DNA of 64,000 nt from an uncultured Acidobacteriaceae bacterium (GCA_963715875.1 OY970281.1:1135946-1199945), one strand, 5' to 3'; positions 1-10,330 are shown, counted from the stretch's first letter. Numbers and translations are program-made. Notes: generated from the sequence alone by a model not told the origin.

Positions 1-3000
1 CGCCGGTAGTTGGGACAACGCCGTTTCCGCCCCCCCAGCTCCGACTTGGATCACCATATTCCGCGATTGGTTCCCGTGCTGCATCCGAAACTCGCCATCC
101 TCGATCAACCAATGGTCGGGACCAGGAGCATTGCTCAATGCATGATTCGTGCACTGTGCCACCACTCCGCCCACCGGACTGCAAAACTGCAACGCCTGCG
201 TGTTCCCCGACGTCTCCACCGTCCACATCGACTGCGCATCGTTGTAATTCTCTGTGTTGATCGCGGTGCCATTCGCCAGCGTGTACGCGCATCCCGTCGC
301 GCAAAGTGTCACGCTCGCCCCATACGCATGCGCTTTGGTAAACGTAGCGTAGATTCCAATCTGGTTCGGCCCACTTTGTGCGGCAACAATTTCCTGATTC
401 GCCCCAGTGTCGACCGTGTACGAGTTCCCCGGTGCCACATACCCGTTCGTCAGGGGAATCACAACTGGAATCCCTCCCGAAACCATCGCACTACTCACCG
501 CCGCCAACGTAGTCGTATTCGCCGAGAGTGTCGTAATCCCCGTGATCACAGGCTGCGTGTTGAGATCGCCACTCGCAGTACTCGCCGCCAGACCACTTAC
601 GCAGGTTGGCCCCGAACCGTAGCACGAACTTGCCGTCAACACGGCCCCGCCCGCGCCTCCACTCAATATCGTCCAACTCGTGTTGTATCCCGTCGGCGCA
701 AAACTGCCCCCGCTCACATACAGCCCTACCGTAAAACTCGCCGGATAAGACGTCGCGCAATTACTTCCCGCAACCAGCGTGAACGTGGCTATGCTGCCCG
801 TCATCGACGCCGTCACGCATGAAGTTCCGCCCCCGCTTCCCGCATCCGCTTGCAGCCCTTGCGCCCCCAGCGCGTAGTACATGTTCTGCCCAGTGCAATC
901 TGGATTCACCAACCCGATGTCGCTGGAACTCGCAAGATCATCCTGCATCCCGTGTGCGCACACGATGTTTCCATCCGGCAAGCTCGCGTCCTGCGTCGAA
1001 CGCAGCACGAGAAAACTGCTCGATGTTGCCGAGTTCGTCTGTGGAATCGTCAACCCACTCGCGCTCGAATACAGTCCCGGAGGAATGTCCAGCGCGATAC
1101 CCACCCCCGTCGCCGTCCGGCACGCTTCGATATCGTTAATCGCCGACTGCAACCCGCTGCTGCTTGGCGCTCCCGTCCAATAAGGAGCGTGAAACGTGCA
1201 ACTCGGCGCAGGCCCACTGATCCATGTACCCGGCAACGAAAGCTCGTAACTGAACAGCGTGTCTCCCTCATGGCTGTTTACCCAGGTCTGAGGCAGCGTT
1301 ACCTGCACCGCGGTCGGAGCCGCAACTGTCTCCCCGATCGTGAACTCTCCCGGCCCTGTGCTTCCGCCATACGCCGCATACCCTTCGTACACGTGCGCTC
1401 CAATCTCCCACCCAGTCCCGTACGCGTTCTGGTTCACTCCGTTAATGTCAACCGCATACGCCGCTCCCAGATTCTGTCCCGCATCCACCACTGGAGAATT
1501 CTTCGTCGGACGAAAATCCAGCCCGCCTGCCGAAGAGAATCCGCTCGTCGCCGCCAGCTTGTAGTAATAATTTCCATCCGTCCCCGTCTCCTGCGCCCCG
1601 CCCAGCAGCCAGTTCACCAGCCCCGTATTTGTCAGGATCGTCGCCCCGCTCGCTTTGAAATCCTGAATCAGATTCGTGATCTCCGTGCCTCCCACCGGAT
1701 CGCTGTTCGTCAATTCGTTCACGTGCCAGAAAATTCCCCACGGAACTCCCCACACCGCCTCTTTCCACACCAGAGCCTGGATCTTCTCATTCAACGCCGT
1801 CGCTGGAATTCCCATCCACGTCGGGTTCACTCCAAAACTCGTAACGTTCTGCGCGTTGAATCCATCGGCGTACGTGTCCTTCACTCCCAAATCTTCTTTC
1901 AGCGCCCCCCGCGCCCCCGCATACGGCACGCCCGCCGTGATCCCCTGCATCGCCGTCGTTTCATATCCTCCCGGATACACATACACCGGCGTCGCCGGCA
2001 AGCCACTCAGGTTCTTCGTCATCCACTGCCGCGACAGCGTGATCTCGTCCGTCGTCAGCCGCGTTACATCCAATTGCATGGCATATACCGCGCTCTTCAC
2101 GTCCACTCCGCTCACATCCGCCAGGTCCTGTGCCAGCAGTGCCGCTTCGGTATATGCCGAACATCCCGTTCCGTAAGGCCCTTGGCATGTCTGGATTTCT
2201 GTCGCCGTAAACTTGCCCGTTGCCACCAGCGCCAGTCGCAGTCCTTGGATCGTCCCCTGCGCCTGACCCTGCGCCAGGTTGTAACTCACGCTGTCGCCCG
2301 TTGCGCCCGCCACCGTAATCGTCAAAGTCTTGTTGCCGATGCTCAACGCCGCCGCCGTCCCGCTCCCCTTGTATTGAATGTCCAGCGCGTCAAGATTTGT
2401 GTAATACGTGTGCGACATCGAATGCGCAACCACGTCCCGACCCGCATTCACCCATCCCTGAAACTCTCCCACCAGTGTCTGCGCCAGCGGATATCCCACC
2501 GTGATCGCCGCCCCCACTGGAACCCCCGCCGCATCCGCCACCGGCAACACCGTCCCCGCATAATACGTATCCGCGCCAGCCGTCATTCCCGCATCGTCCA
2601 CCGTCAGCGTGACCATTGCCGGATACCTCTGATACACCTGCACCGCCGGCGCCGTATCTGCCGCAATGTTCCCCGCACCCGCAGTCGGCCCTGTCCCGCT
2701 CGTCCACTCCACGTCCGTCGATCCCGCCACCGCCAGGCTCGATGCATAAAAGTGACAGTAGGAATAAGTTACGGCCCCTGTGTTGTCCACCAGCGCCCCA
2801 TCCCGATTCGCATAGCCTTTGTCATTCACCATCGCGATCGCCGTCGCCGCCCCATCAAACCTGAAGCCGTCGTAATTGAGGTGCGCCTCCGAGTTGAAAA
2901 TCTTGATGTCCCCCGGCCCCGGCGCGCTCTCATTCACATAAAATCCCAGCGGCTGCGTCCCTTGTGGAATCATCGAATCCGCTTCCATATTCGCGAACAC

Positions 3001-3663
3001 CAGATGATCACTCGCTCCCTGCACATACACGCCGTACTCATCGAACCAGTTCACCAGAAAATGCTGGAACGTCAGCCACGATTTCCCATTGACATTGATC
3101 ACCGGCACGTTGCTCAGCGCCATCGGCACGATCGCCGCGTTGTAATAACTTGCCGGACTCCCCACCGAATAAACGTACACATACCCGCTCGCCAGGAAAA
3201 AGTCCCACTGCGCCGTCAGGTTCGGCGACGCAGCGGCGACCTTTTGGCCCCACACCGATCCAAATAAACAAAAACTGATCGTCGTATAACTCGCCGGCAG
3301 CGGCGCCTTCCACGCATTCCCCGTCACCTGCACCCACGCCGTCGCCGGTACCGCGTAATATCCCGTCAGATTCGGCGCCGCCCCACTCCCATACGCGTCA
3401 AACGTAATCGGATTTCCCACACTCCCTGAAGAATTCGGAACCAGGCTCTCATTCCAAACATCCCCCCTCTTGAACAGAATCGAATCCCCCGCCAGAAACG
3501 TCTGCCCATTCACCTGCGCAACCGTCTGCCACGCCGCCGCCGCCGAACTCCCGCTATTAGCATCGTTCCCCGTACTCGAACTCACGTAGTAAGTAGTAGC
3601 CGAAGCCACTCCACTCCACACCATGAACACGAAGAGGATGATCTTCCGCCCGGCCTCGTACAT
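1..3663 (-). CDS. Secreted beta-helix protein with a NodB-like (polysaccharide deacetylase) segment and a tailspike-like distal part. The 5' end is complete and the 3' end lies beyond the window start.
   Basis: The minus-strand frame (codon first bases at positions divisible by 3) is open from ATG 3663 to position 1. Because it has no in-window stop it is absent from the ORF track, and no other minus-strand track ORF uses this frame in 1-3663. My translation starts MYEAGRKIILFVFMVWSGVASATTYYVSSSTGNDANSGSSAAAAWQTV (signal/anchor followed by a beta-helix-type N-terminus). It contains VTLTVDDAG (about 2590-2615) and VVAHSMSHTY (about 2405-2435), which resemble NodB motifs 1 and 2. Further on, GLQSAINDIEAC...LDIPPGLY resembles the start of a pectate-lyase-3/tailspike domain. 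The Arg-rich + strand ORFs 10..822 and 850..3267 are its antisense shadows. Confidence 0.6.
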   Translation of the reverse strand, partial: MYEAGRKIILFVFMVWSGVASATTYYVSSSTGNDANSGSSAAAAWQTVAQVNGQTFLAGDSILFKRGDVWNESLVPNSSGSVGNPITFDAYGSGAAPNLTGYYAVPATAWVQVTGNAWKAPLPASYTTISFCLFGSVWGQKVAAASPNLTAQWDFFLASGYVYVYSVGSPASYYNAAIVPMALSNVPVINVNGKSWLTFQHFLVNWFDEYGVYVQGASDHLVFANMEADSMIPQGTQPLGFYVNESAPGPGDIKIFNSEAHLNYDGFRFDGAATAIAMVNDKGYANRDGALVDNTGAVTYSYCHFYASSLAVAGSTDVEWTSGTGPTAGAGNIAADTAPAVQVYQRYPAMVTLTVDDAGMTAGADTYYAGTVLPVADAAGVPVGAAITVGYPLAQTLVGEFQGWVNAGRDVVAHSMSHTYYTNLDALDIQYKGSGTAAALSIGNKTLTITVAGATGDSVSYNLAQGQAQGTIQGLRLALVATGKFTATEIQTCQGPYGTGCSAYTEAALLAQDLADVSGVDVKSAVYAMQLDVTRLTTDEITLSRQWMTKNLSGLPATPVYVYPGGYETTAMQGITAGVPYAGARGALKEDLGVKDTYADGFNAQNVTSFGVNPTWMGIPATALNEKIQALVWKEAVWGVPWGIFWHVNELTNSDPVGGTEITNLIQDFKASGATILTNTGLVNWLLGGAQETGTDGNYYYKLAATSGFSSAGGLDFRPTKNSPVVDAGQNLGAAYAVDINGVNQNAYGTGWEIGAHVYEGYAAYGGSTGPGEFTIGETVAAPTAVQVTLPQTWVNSHEGDTLFSYELSLPGTWISGPAPSCTFHAPYWTGAPSSSGLQSAINDIEACRTATGVGIALDIPPGLYSSASGLTIPQTNSATSSSFLVLRSTQDASLPDGNIVCAHGMQDDLASSSDIGLVNPDCTGQNMYYALGAQGLQADAGSGGGTSCVTASMTGSIATFTLVAGSNCATSYPASFTVGLYVSGGSFAPTGYNTSWTILSGGAGGAVLTASSCYGSGPTCVSGLAASTASGDLNTQPVITGITTLSANTTTLAAVSSAMVSGGIPVVIPLTNGYVAPGNSYTVDTGANQEIVAAQSGPNQIGIYATFTKAHAYGASVTLCATGCAYTLANGTAINTENYNDAQSMWTVETSGNTQALQFCSPVGGVVAQCTNHALSNAPGPDHWLIEDGEFRMQHGNQSRNMVIQVGAGGAETALSQLPA

Positions 3664-3719
3664 CGCGTTCGTAGCTTTTGTCGGATCCTTCACAGCAATC
3701 TCTCCAATCTTGTTTTTCC

Positions 3720-3752
3720 AATAAAAAAGCCACCGGATCGAACCCGATGGCA
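3720..3752 (-). terminator. Putative intrinsic terminator between the two giant genes
   Basis: On the minus strand, the imperfect hairpin GCCATCGG-GTTCGAT-CCGGTGGC is followed by TTTTTTATT. It lies downstream of the stop at 3975 and upstream of ATG 3663. Confidence 0.45.
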
Positions 3753-3863
3753 CCCAGCAAAATTTGTTTTCCTAACGCCCTCAAGCCGCAACTCTTTGCG
3801 ATCTAGCGGCACTTCAGAGCCGCGTCCATCTGACATCTGATGGCTGACGGCTGACTTGGGTTC

Positions 3864-3897
3864 ACCCCGTGATACCCCGTGTACCCCGTGGTAAAGG
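3864..3897 (+). repeat. Family D repeat (CCCTGTG-word doublet + GGTAAAG), copy 1
   Basis: ACCCCGTGATACCCCGTGTACCCCGTGGTAAAGG. Confidence 0.7.
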
Positions 3898-3974
3898 CCT
3901 TTGGCTTCGTCGCGCTTCGCCAAAGCCGTACAAGACCCAACCGACGGCTGACGGCTGACAGCTGACAGCTGGGC

Positions 3975-6900
3975 TTAATGAATTTCCCAAGCCATAATCG
4001 CAGCCTGCGTAGGATTATCCGCCGGAATCGTAATCCCACTATTCAAAGCTCCCCCCAAAGTCACGCTCTCCGGAGTCCCGCTAGTTCCCCCCACAAAGCT
4101 GAACCCGGCCGAGGTCCCGCCATAAATCTGCGCGCACGAACTCATACAACTGCTGGTAATCGCCAGATAATATTTCCCCGGCTGCAGTGTCGCGCCCGCG
4201 GTCCAATTCAATGTCTTCCATCCCGTACTCCCCGCAAACGCCGTTCCCGCCGTAGTTCCAATGTGCGCCACCACGCTCCCCGCGCTGTTCAACACTCCAA
4301 CGTCATAGGTATTACTCGTGTTGTCCGCAGTCGAAACGTAATAGGTGACCTGCGTCGTGCTCAGCGGAAACGTCAGCACCGCTCCCCACAACTCCGCCTT
4401 GTTCGCCGTACTCGAGAAGCTGATCGCCGTCCCCGTAGTGTTCGTCGTGAACCACGGAATCGCGTACCCCGCGCTGCTGCTCACATTCGACCCCGGCATA
4501 TCCAGAAACATCTGCACCGTCGTGCTCCCTGCGCTCGCCTGCAGCACTCGTCCTAATATCTGTGCTCCCGTCGGTCGCGTCGCCCCGGCGTCATGGCACA
4601 AAGGATAAAAACTCCCGTTCGCCGTCCCCGATGGAACGACGTAATCCCCCACCACCGTCGCGCTCCCATCGAAGCTGCAATAAGCCGATCCCGCCCGCGC
4701 CAGCGTTGCCACCCCGGACGTCCCCGCATTCGCAATCACCACTCCGATCGCTCCACTGCTCAGCGCGCTCCCCGGCTTCGCCGCGCAGCCCGCCGTCGTC
4801 AGCACCGCCAACCCGTTCACCACAGTGCCGTTCGTCGTGTCATTGCAAAGTTCATAACTCTCGCTGGCATACTTTCCCAACTCGAATCCACTCCCGCTCG
4901 CCGCATTTCCCGACACATACACGGTCCCCGGACGGAATCCGCTCCCGCTTCCCGCGCCGTTGAACGATCCCACCGTGTACGCCTGGTCCGTCCACGGCTT
5001 CAAATTTCCCGTCGCGTCCACCACCCACTTCAGTCCGTTGTTGATCCACAATCCCAACCCCGGCGCCGCGCCGGAACTCGAACTCTCGCTGCGCAACACC
5101 GCATAATTGTCCCCGGCGTCGTATCCCAGCGAAGTCCGCTGCCACGTGGAGCTGTTCGTATAAATCGAATACACATGCAGGTTCTGCGCCGTCGCCCCGT
5201 ACTGCCCCACATCGCTCCCATCTTCCTGGAACAAATTCGAGAAGTAGGAACTCGTTCCCATCGTCGCCACTTGCTGCGGAGCCCCCGCATTCGCCGAGAT
5301 ATAAAAATTCCCGTCGTTCGAGATTCCCAGCGACGACGTCCCCGCTCCCGCCGCCACCATCGCCGCCCCCGCCACCGGAGAGTTCACCATCCACGGCCCT
5401 GCCACCATCAGTTGCCCGTTCACCGTCACGTTTCCGCTGAACGTTCCCGCTGCCGCCGCAATCCCGTTGCTCCCCGCGTAGTTCAATGTCGAACCGTTGT
5501 CCGTCAGCCCGCTGTCGCCGCTCACTGCCGTTCCATTCGCCGCATACATCGCCAGTTGCGTCGCCGTGCCCCCGTTCACCGTTCCCGCACCGCCACCTCC
5601 GCAACCTGCGCACGTCCCCGTCACCGTCAAGTTGCCATTCACCGTCACCGGCACGTTGAACGTCTTCGCCGCCGCCGTTACCCGCTCCACAAAATTCGCT
5701 CCCGTCGGAATCGCCCCTATATACGAAGAGATCGCCGTCCCCGCTCGCTCCGTCAACCCTCCAGCCTGGTCCACTCCCAGCGCCATATCCCCGGCGTCGT
5801 TCCCCGGACGCTCACCCGCCGTCGCCACCGTCTTCGCAAAATTTGAATCCTGCAAAGTCACCAGATCATTCGGAACATTCCCAATCGCCTTCCCTAAATT
5901 CAGCCGCCCCTTGCTGTTCGTCACTGGACCGTTATTCGCATTGTCCTGCTCCTGCAGAACCGTCGCGATCGTTCCCGCCCCGCCGTTGTTCGCGCTCGCC
6001 AGGCACGTAATCCATATCGGACTTCTTTGTTGGCTCACGCCCGCCGGCTGGCACTGCTCCGCCACGATCGAAACTCCCATCGTCCCTTGACTTGCCACCG
6101 CCGACACGCTCGTCCCAATCTCATCCGCAAACACCGTCGTTCCATTGATCGCCAGGCTCACCGGCCAGAACCAGAACGCTGGAGTGTACTGCTGCCCCGC
6201 CACCGTATACGTCGTCGCTGCCGCCTGCGTGTCCGTAAACGAGCACATCCCGTTCGTTCCGCACGCCCCTGAAACATTGGTCGCGATCGCAAATGCGCCC
6301 GTACTAAACGGAGCCACCGCCGCCGTCCCCGTCGTCTCCAGAATGTCCCACGTCAGCGTTCCCACACTCTGCCCCGTCACCGATTGCAACTCCACCGAAG
6401 GCCACGCCAGCGGGATGTTCACGCTCCCGCTCGCCGGATCGGCCGATCCGATAAACAACACCGGCCCATATCCCAGCGTCGAACTCCTCGGCACCACAAA
6501 ATACGCTCGCTCCGCCGCCGCTAATCCTCCCGTCGCAAACACCGGAGAGTATCCGCCCAACGGAAACGTCCCCAGAATCTTCGTCCCCACTCCGCCCTGA
6601 ACCACCAGCCCAGCCTGCGCGCTCCCCGCTCCGTACAGCGGATTGCTCGTCGTCCCCGTCGACTCCTGATAAACGTTTTCAAACGTCGCCGGCTGCAGCC
6701 CGCCAAAATATCGCACCCCGTACGCCGGAAATCCCTGGCACACCGAATCCGTCATCACCAGTCCGTTCCCAGCCCCGGTTGCGCAATTCACGTTGGTCAA
6801 TTCGGCATCGTGGATGTACGTGATCCCGTTGTTTCCCTGATCGTTGCGCTCGTACACGAACGCCCCCATCGGAAAGTTCGCGTCGCTGCGGATCGATATG

Positions 6901-8954
6901 TCGCTTCGGTTCGCCGCCCCTTCAATCACCAGCGCCTGATCGTTATCGTTGACAATGCCAAAACTGAATACGTTGCTCGCCGTCGCTCCGTAATAAATAT
7001 TGATGTCCTGCATCACCACGTGATCGGAATTGTCTTCAATCGCTGCATTCAGTAGCCCGCAGAATCCGAATGTCGTCCCCGCGGCGAATGTCGTATTTCC
7101 AAACGACACCTCAAAGTGTGTCGCGTTCAATCCCGCCGCCAGCACCACCCCCGCCCAGTGCTGCGTCGCTCCCGTCGCGTAATACTCGCAGTCCACCGTG
7201 TCGCCCGCCACAAACGGATGCGCGCTCGCCGTCGTCACCGTATACGTCCCCGCCGTCGCGCTCACACTCGCAACCTGTACCCCATCCACGTTCACTCCCG
7301 AAATCATGCTCAGGTTGTAGAGCTTGTGATAATTCACCGCCGGCGCGCCCTGCGTCGTCCCCACATAAATGCAGCGGTCTCGCGTGAAGCAGTTCAGTTC
7401 TGCGCCCTGCGCCTCCAGCACTCCGCCTCGCCCGCGCAAATACACCGCCGAGTAAACGTTGTACATCGTGTCCGCCGCCAGCTTCACATAAGGAGCCGTC
7501 GTTGTATTCGCCGTCGTCCCCGAATCCGCAATCCACGCGTCGTTCCACGCCTCCTGCATCCCGCTCGAAGCCGATCCAACCGTGTATCCATTCGGATGGT
7601 TATTCGCCGTTGTCACCGTCAGTTGGCAACTCCCGCTAGTCGCCCCCGGCGTACAACTTCCTCCCGTCACCGGCGCCGCTTCCGGAGTTCCAGTCCCCGA
7701 GATGTAGACCGCATAAACGTAGTAATGAATGTTGATCGGATAATGCCCCGCCAGCGTCCCCGCCGCATCAATTCCCAGTGGGCACGGATTCGCCGTCGTG
7801 CACGTCAGCGTGATCGTCAGCCCCGTCCCCGCCGTTGCGAGGTTCCCGAGACTCCCGCCGTTATCCGTATACGCCCAGTTCCAGCTCGGCATCACATAAC
7901 GGATATTCGCCAGATTATTCGCCGAGAACTGTGTTCCCCCCGGCTGCGCGATATTTTGATTCGACGCCGGATTCATCGATAATCCTCCGGCCCCGCCCGC
8001 CGCGGTCGTCGGCGCATACTGGCCAGCCGCCGCTGAATACGCCAGCACCTGGCCATCCGACGGCGCTGTCGTCCCCACCGGAACGCTCTGAATCTCCGTT
8101 GCATTCGCGCTCGATCCGCATGCTCCCCAAGTCCCATTTCCAAGCAGGCAGTTCAACCCCGAAGCCACTCCCGTCCCCAACTCGCTCCGAGGCACCAAGC
8201 CGCTCACCAGGTCCGCCTTCCCGCTCCCCGCCAGATCGACATATTGTTTTGGAGCCGCTTGCAACGGCGCTGTCGGATTTCCGCTCAGCGTCACCGGACC
8301 AGTCATAGTCCCCCCCGCAGTCGGCAAAAAAGTTCCGGCCCCGACATTGGAGATCGAGGTATCGACGTACCCCTTATTCGCCACATCCCCCGTACCCACC
8401 GGCGCCGGTACACTCGGAGGCGCCACAAACGTTTTCGTCCCCGTCACCGTCTCCGCTCCCGCCAAATGGATCACCGCGCTATCGTCCGCTTTCCCCGCCA
8501 GCGCCGTATTCACGTACTCCATCGACACCGGTTGCGCCGCTGTCCCCGTTCCCGGCGTCGCCCGCACCTGCGCCAGCGTCGCCGGAGAGCTCGTCGGCAC
8601 CACCCAGTATTCGGTCCTCACCTCTCCCGGCCCCAGCTGGTACACCACCACGTAATAGATTCCCGCTGGCGTCGCTGCCGCATTCGGAACCAGTTGCACG
8701 CTCAGCGCTCCATTCGCTCCCAGCGTCGCATTCACCGTGCCCGGCGCGATCGCCGCTCCACTCGCCGTCACAAATGCCGGCCACGTAATCACCAGAGTCC
8801 CTTGGGCCGCGCTACCATCCGCCTCGTAGACGGTATCTTCCACCGTTGTCAGTGCAGGCCCACTCTGCGCCCAGGCTCCCACACTCGATGCCATCACCAC
8901 CGTCACCAGCGCCCAATAAAAAAGCCGCCCCATCGGGCGGCACGCCTGCAACAT
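3975..8954 (-). CDS. Giant secreted tail-fibre/tailspike-like beta-helix protein (1659 aa)
   Basis: Track ORF. The signal peptide is MGRLFYWALVTVVMASSVGAWAQ (alternative start 8933). The segment GYVDTSISNVGAGTFLPTAGGTMTGPVTLSGNPTAPLQAAPKQYVD is the motif I associate with phage tail-fibre proteins. The central GMQEAWNDAW...YVKLAADTMYNV...NLSMISGVNVDG region resembles pectate-lyase-3/tailspike beta-helices. The whole protein is G/T/A/S-rich. Confidence 0.75.
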   Translation of the reverse strand: MLQACRPMGRLFYWALVTVVMASSVGAWAQSGPALTTVEDTVYEADGSAAQGTLVITWPAFVTASGAAIAPGTVNATLGANGALSVQLVPNAAATPAGIYYVVVYQLGPGEVRTEYWVVPTSSPATLAQVRATPGTGTAAQPVSMEYVNTALAGKADDSAVIHLAGAETVTGTKTFVAPPSVPAPVGTGDVANKGYVDTSISNVGAGTFLPTAGGTMTGPVTLSGNPTAPLQAAPKQYVDLAGSGKADLVSGLVPRSELGTGVASGLNCLLGNGTWGACGSSANATEIQSVPVGTTAPSDGQVLAYSAAAGQYAPTTAAGGAGGLSMNPASNQNIAQPGGTQFSANNLANIRYVMPSWNWAYTDNGGSLGNLATAGTGLTITLTCTTANPCPLGIDAAGTLAGHYPINIHYYVYAVYISGTGTPEAAPVTGGSCTPGATSGSCQLTVTTANNHPNGYTVGSASSGMQEAWNDAWIADSGTTANTTTAPYVKLAADTMYNVYSAVYLRGRGGVLEAQGAELNCFTRDRCIYVGTTQGAPAVNYHKLYNLSMISGVNVDGVQVASVSATAGTYTVTTASAHPFVAGDTVDCEYYATGATQHWAGVVLAAGLNATHFEVSFGNTTFAAGTTFGFCGLLNAAIEDNSDHVVMQDINIYYGATASNVFSFGIVNDNDQALVIEGAANRSDISIRSDANFPMGAFVYERNDQGNNGITYIHDAELTNVNCATGAGNGLVMTDSVCQGFPAYGVRYFGGLQPATFENVYQESTGTTSNPLYGAGSAQAGLVVQGGVGTKILGTFPLGGYSPVFATGGLAAAERAYFVVPRSSTLGYGPVLFIGSADPASGSVNIPLAWPSVELQSVTGQSVGTLTWDILETTGTAAVAPFSTGAFAIATNVSGACGTNGMCSFTDTQAAATTYTVAGQQYTPAFWFWPVSLAINGTTVFADEIGTSVSAVASQGTMGVSIVAEQCQPAGVSQQRSPIWITCLASANNGGAGTIATVLQEQDNANNGPVTNSKGRLNLGKAIGNVPNDLVTLQDSNFAKTVATAGERPGNDAGDMALGVDQAGGLTERAGTAISSYIGAIPTGANFVERVTAAAKTFNVPVTVNGNLTVTGTCAGCGGGGAGTVNGGTATQLAMYAANGTAVSGDSGLTDNGSTLNYAGSNGIAAAAGTFSGNVTVNGQLMVAGPWMVNSPVAGAAMVAAGAGTSSLGISNDGNFYISANAGAPQQVATMGTSSYFSNLFQEDGSDVGQYGATAQNLHVYSIYTNSSTWQRTSLGYDAGDNYAVLRSESSSSGAAPGLGLWINNGLKWVVDATGNLKPWTDQAYTVGSFNGAGSGSGFRPGTVYVSGNAASGSGFELGKYASESYELCNDTTNGTVVNGLAVLTTAGCAAKPGSALSSGAIGVVIANAGTSGVATLARAGSAYCSFDGSATVVGDYVVPSGTANGSFYPLCHDAGATRPTGAQILGRVLQASAGSTTVQMFLDMPGSNVSSSAGYAIPWFTTNTTGTAISFSSTANKAELWGAVLTFPLSTTQVTYYVSTADNTSNTYDVGVLNSAGSVVAHIGTTAGTAFAGSTGWKTLNWTAGATLQPGKYYLAITSSCMSSCAQIYGGTSAGFSFVGGTSGTPESVTLGGALNSGITIPADNPTQAAIMAWEIH

Positions 8955-8973
8955 AATTCCTCCTCAAACCTTG

Positions 8974-9067
8974 GTTGTCATCCTGAACAAGCGCTTTTTG
9001 CGCAGTGAAGGATCTGGGCGTGCCGCGCGAAGCTGCCTGCCCTGAGCAAGCGCAGCGCGCCGATGGG
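8974..9067 (+). repeat. Family A repeat, copy 1 (degenerate, followed by GCCTGCCCTGAG module)
   Basis: The family consensus is (T)TCTGTCATCCTGAGCG - central hairpin - GCAGTCGAAGGATCCCTA(CCC). This copy reads GTTGTCATCCTGAACAAGCGCTTTTTGCGCAGTGAAGGATCT. Confidence 0.6.
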
Positions 9068-9158
9068 TCGCGTTTTTTGCGACGCAACAATCGCGCGTTT
9101 GGCTCGCTTCGCTATAACTGCACCACTCAGCGATCTCCGCGACAAAAGCTCTAAAGCC

Positions 9159-9614
9159 TCACCCGACCAGCGGCTGTCCCCGCCCCTTAAGAAACGACTC
9201 CACACTCTCCACATAAACCTCCGCAAAATCCGCCACCGGACGCCGCTTCTCAATCAAATCCATCGCATCCTCCACCGTCCACCCCATCACTCCCAGCAGC
9301 GCCAGCGTCATCATCGGCGCCCGGTGCACTCCCGCCGCGCAATGGATATACAATTTCGTCCCATCTTCATCCAGCGCCGCCAGTCCGAACTCCACCCCGC
9401 GCTCAAACACTTCCGCCGGCTTCGACTCGAAATCGTCGTCCACCGGATTCCAGCACACTTCAATCCCCTGCGCCTTCCCCAGCGTCGTGTCATCGAACTC
9501 AATCTGCATGTCGATGATGTGCGTCACTCCCGCCCGCGCCACTTCCGCCATGTTCTCCGCATTCCAGATTCCGCCCCCGACCGCGATTCGGTCGGTCACC
9601 CACGTCATATCCAT
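9159..9614 (-). CDS. Dual-specificity (Cys-based) protein phosphatase
   Basis: The HCAAGVHRAP active-site loop fits HCxxGxxR. I chose the start at MDMTWVTDRIAVGG (ATG 9614). The longer track ORF to 9926 adds an Arg-rich extension that runs through repeat DNA. Confidence 0.75.
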   Translation of the reverse strand: MDMTWVTDRIAVGGGIWNAENMAEVARAGVTHIIDMQIEFDDTTLGKAQGIEVCWNPVDDDFESKPAEVFERGVEFGLAALDEDGTKLYIHCAAGVHRAPMMTLALLGVMGWTVEDAMDLIEKRRPVADFAEVYVESVESFLKGRGQPLVG

Positions 9615-9790
9615 TCCCACTCTGCGTCCTGTGCTGCGGATTTTTCCATCCGCGAGATTTCTCCCGGAAAACTCTCCCCGGACCCTTCCCGGAATCGCTC
9701 CCGCCATCTCTCTCCGGCGCGATCCCACTCGCGGCGAAACCGACAGCGCCATCGCCCTGTCCATCTCTCCCGCACCAAAACTCCCGCGCT

Positions 9791-10234
9791 TCATTTTACG
9801 GTATCCCCTCCACACGCACCCGTCTGTTCTTCTCCGCGCCCCCCGCGGATCTTCTCCGCGTTCTCCGCGCTGAAAGGCGTCAATCTGTCGTCCCGCAAGC
9901 GACCAGGTTCGTTGTTCTTCCCACACTCCGCAACCACCGGTTCCAGTGGCAGCCCCAGCCGCATCAGCAGAGTTCCCGCCAGCGAATTCTCCGGGAACGC
10001 CTCCCCCGTAGTCGCCTCCGTCGCCGGATACAACCCGACGATTTCAAACAAATACTTCATCGCGGCCAGCCGCGCACTATTTCCATCGTCAATCAGCGTA
10101 CCCACCATTCCGTTCGCCTTTTCGCCCACCAACTTGCTGATCCCTTTCCGCACCGCAACAAAATCCACCGCCAAATCCTCTTTCAACACGCCGTCGTTTT
10201 CAGTCACCCGCCCCCCCTGCTCCAATCTTGTCAT
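9791..10234 (-). CDS. Hypothetical protein
   Basis: Track ORF with ordinary composition and no recognisable domain. The C-terminal ...FSAENAEKIRGG is encoded by a CTCCGCG-word repeat, so the tail may be a repeat-derived extension. Confidence 0.45.
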   Translation of the reverse strand: MTRLEQGGRVTENDGVLKEDLAVDFVAVRKGISKLVGEKANGMVGTLIDDGNSARLAAMKYLFEIVGLYPATEATTGEAFPENSLAGTLLMRLGLPLEPVVAECGKNNEPGRLRDDRLTPFSAENAEKIRGGRGEEQTGACGGDTVK

Positions 10235-10295
10235 TCCGAACCGCCGGGACGGCGGGTGAGGAACCTGCTGTTAGCCGCCACTCCCCCGCCGCCCG

Positions 10296-10330
10296 CCAAA
10301 AAACACGAAAGGCGCGCCCGAAGCGCGCCT
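10296..10330 (-). terminator. Intrinsic terminator ending the Zn-ribbon/sigma-like operon
   Basis: An 8-bp GC stem AGGCGCGC/GCGCGCCT (10310-10317 and 10323-10330) encloses a 5-nt loop. On the minus strand it is followed by TTCGTGTTTTTTG. Confidence 0.6.

Noticed and set aside
850-3267. 805-aa + strand ORF (and 10..822), very Arg/His/Pro-rich
   Set aside because: Its composition is typical of the antisense frame of a GC-rich gene. The opposite strand carries a protein-like open frame with recognisable motifs (feature 1..3663).
9615-9926. Long (255-aa) version of the phosphatase ORF
   Set aside because: The extra 104 residues are Arg/Gly-rich, overlap repeat DNA and the upstream ORF, and precede a canonical MDMTWVTDRIAVGG domain start.
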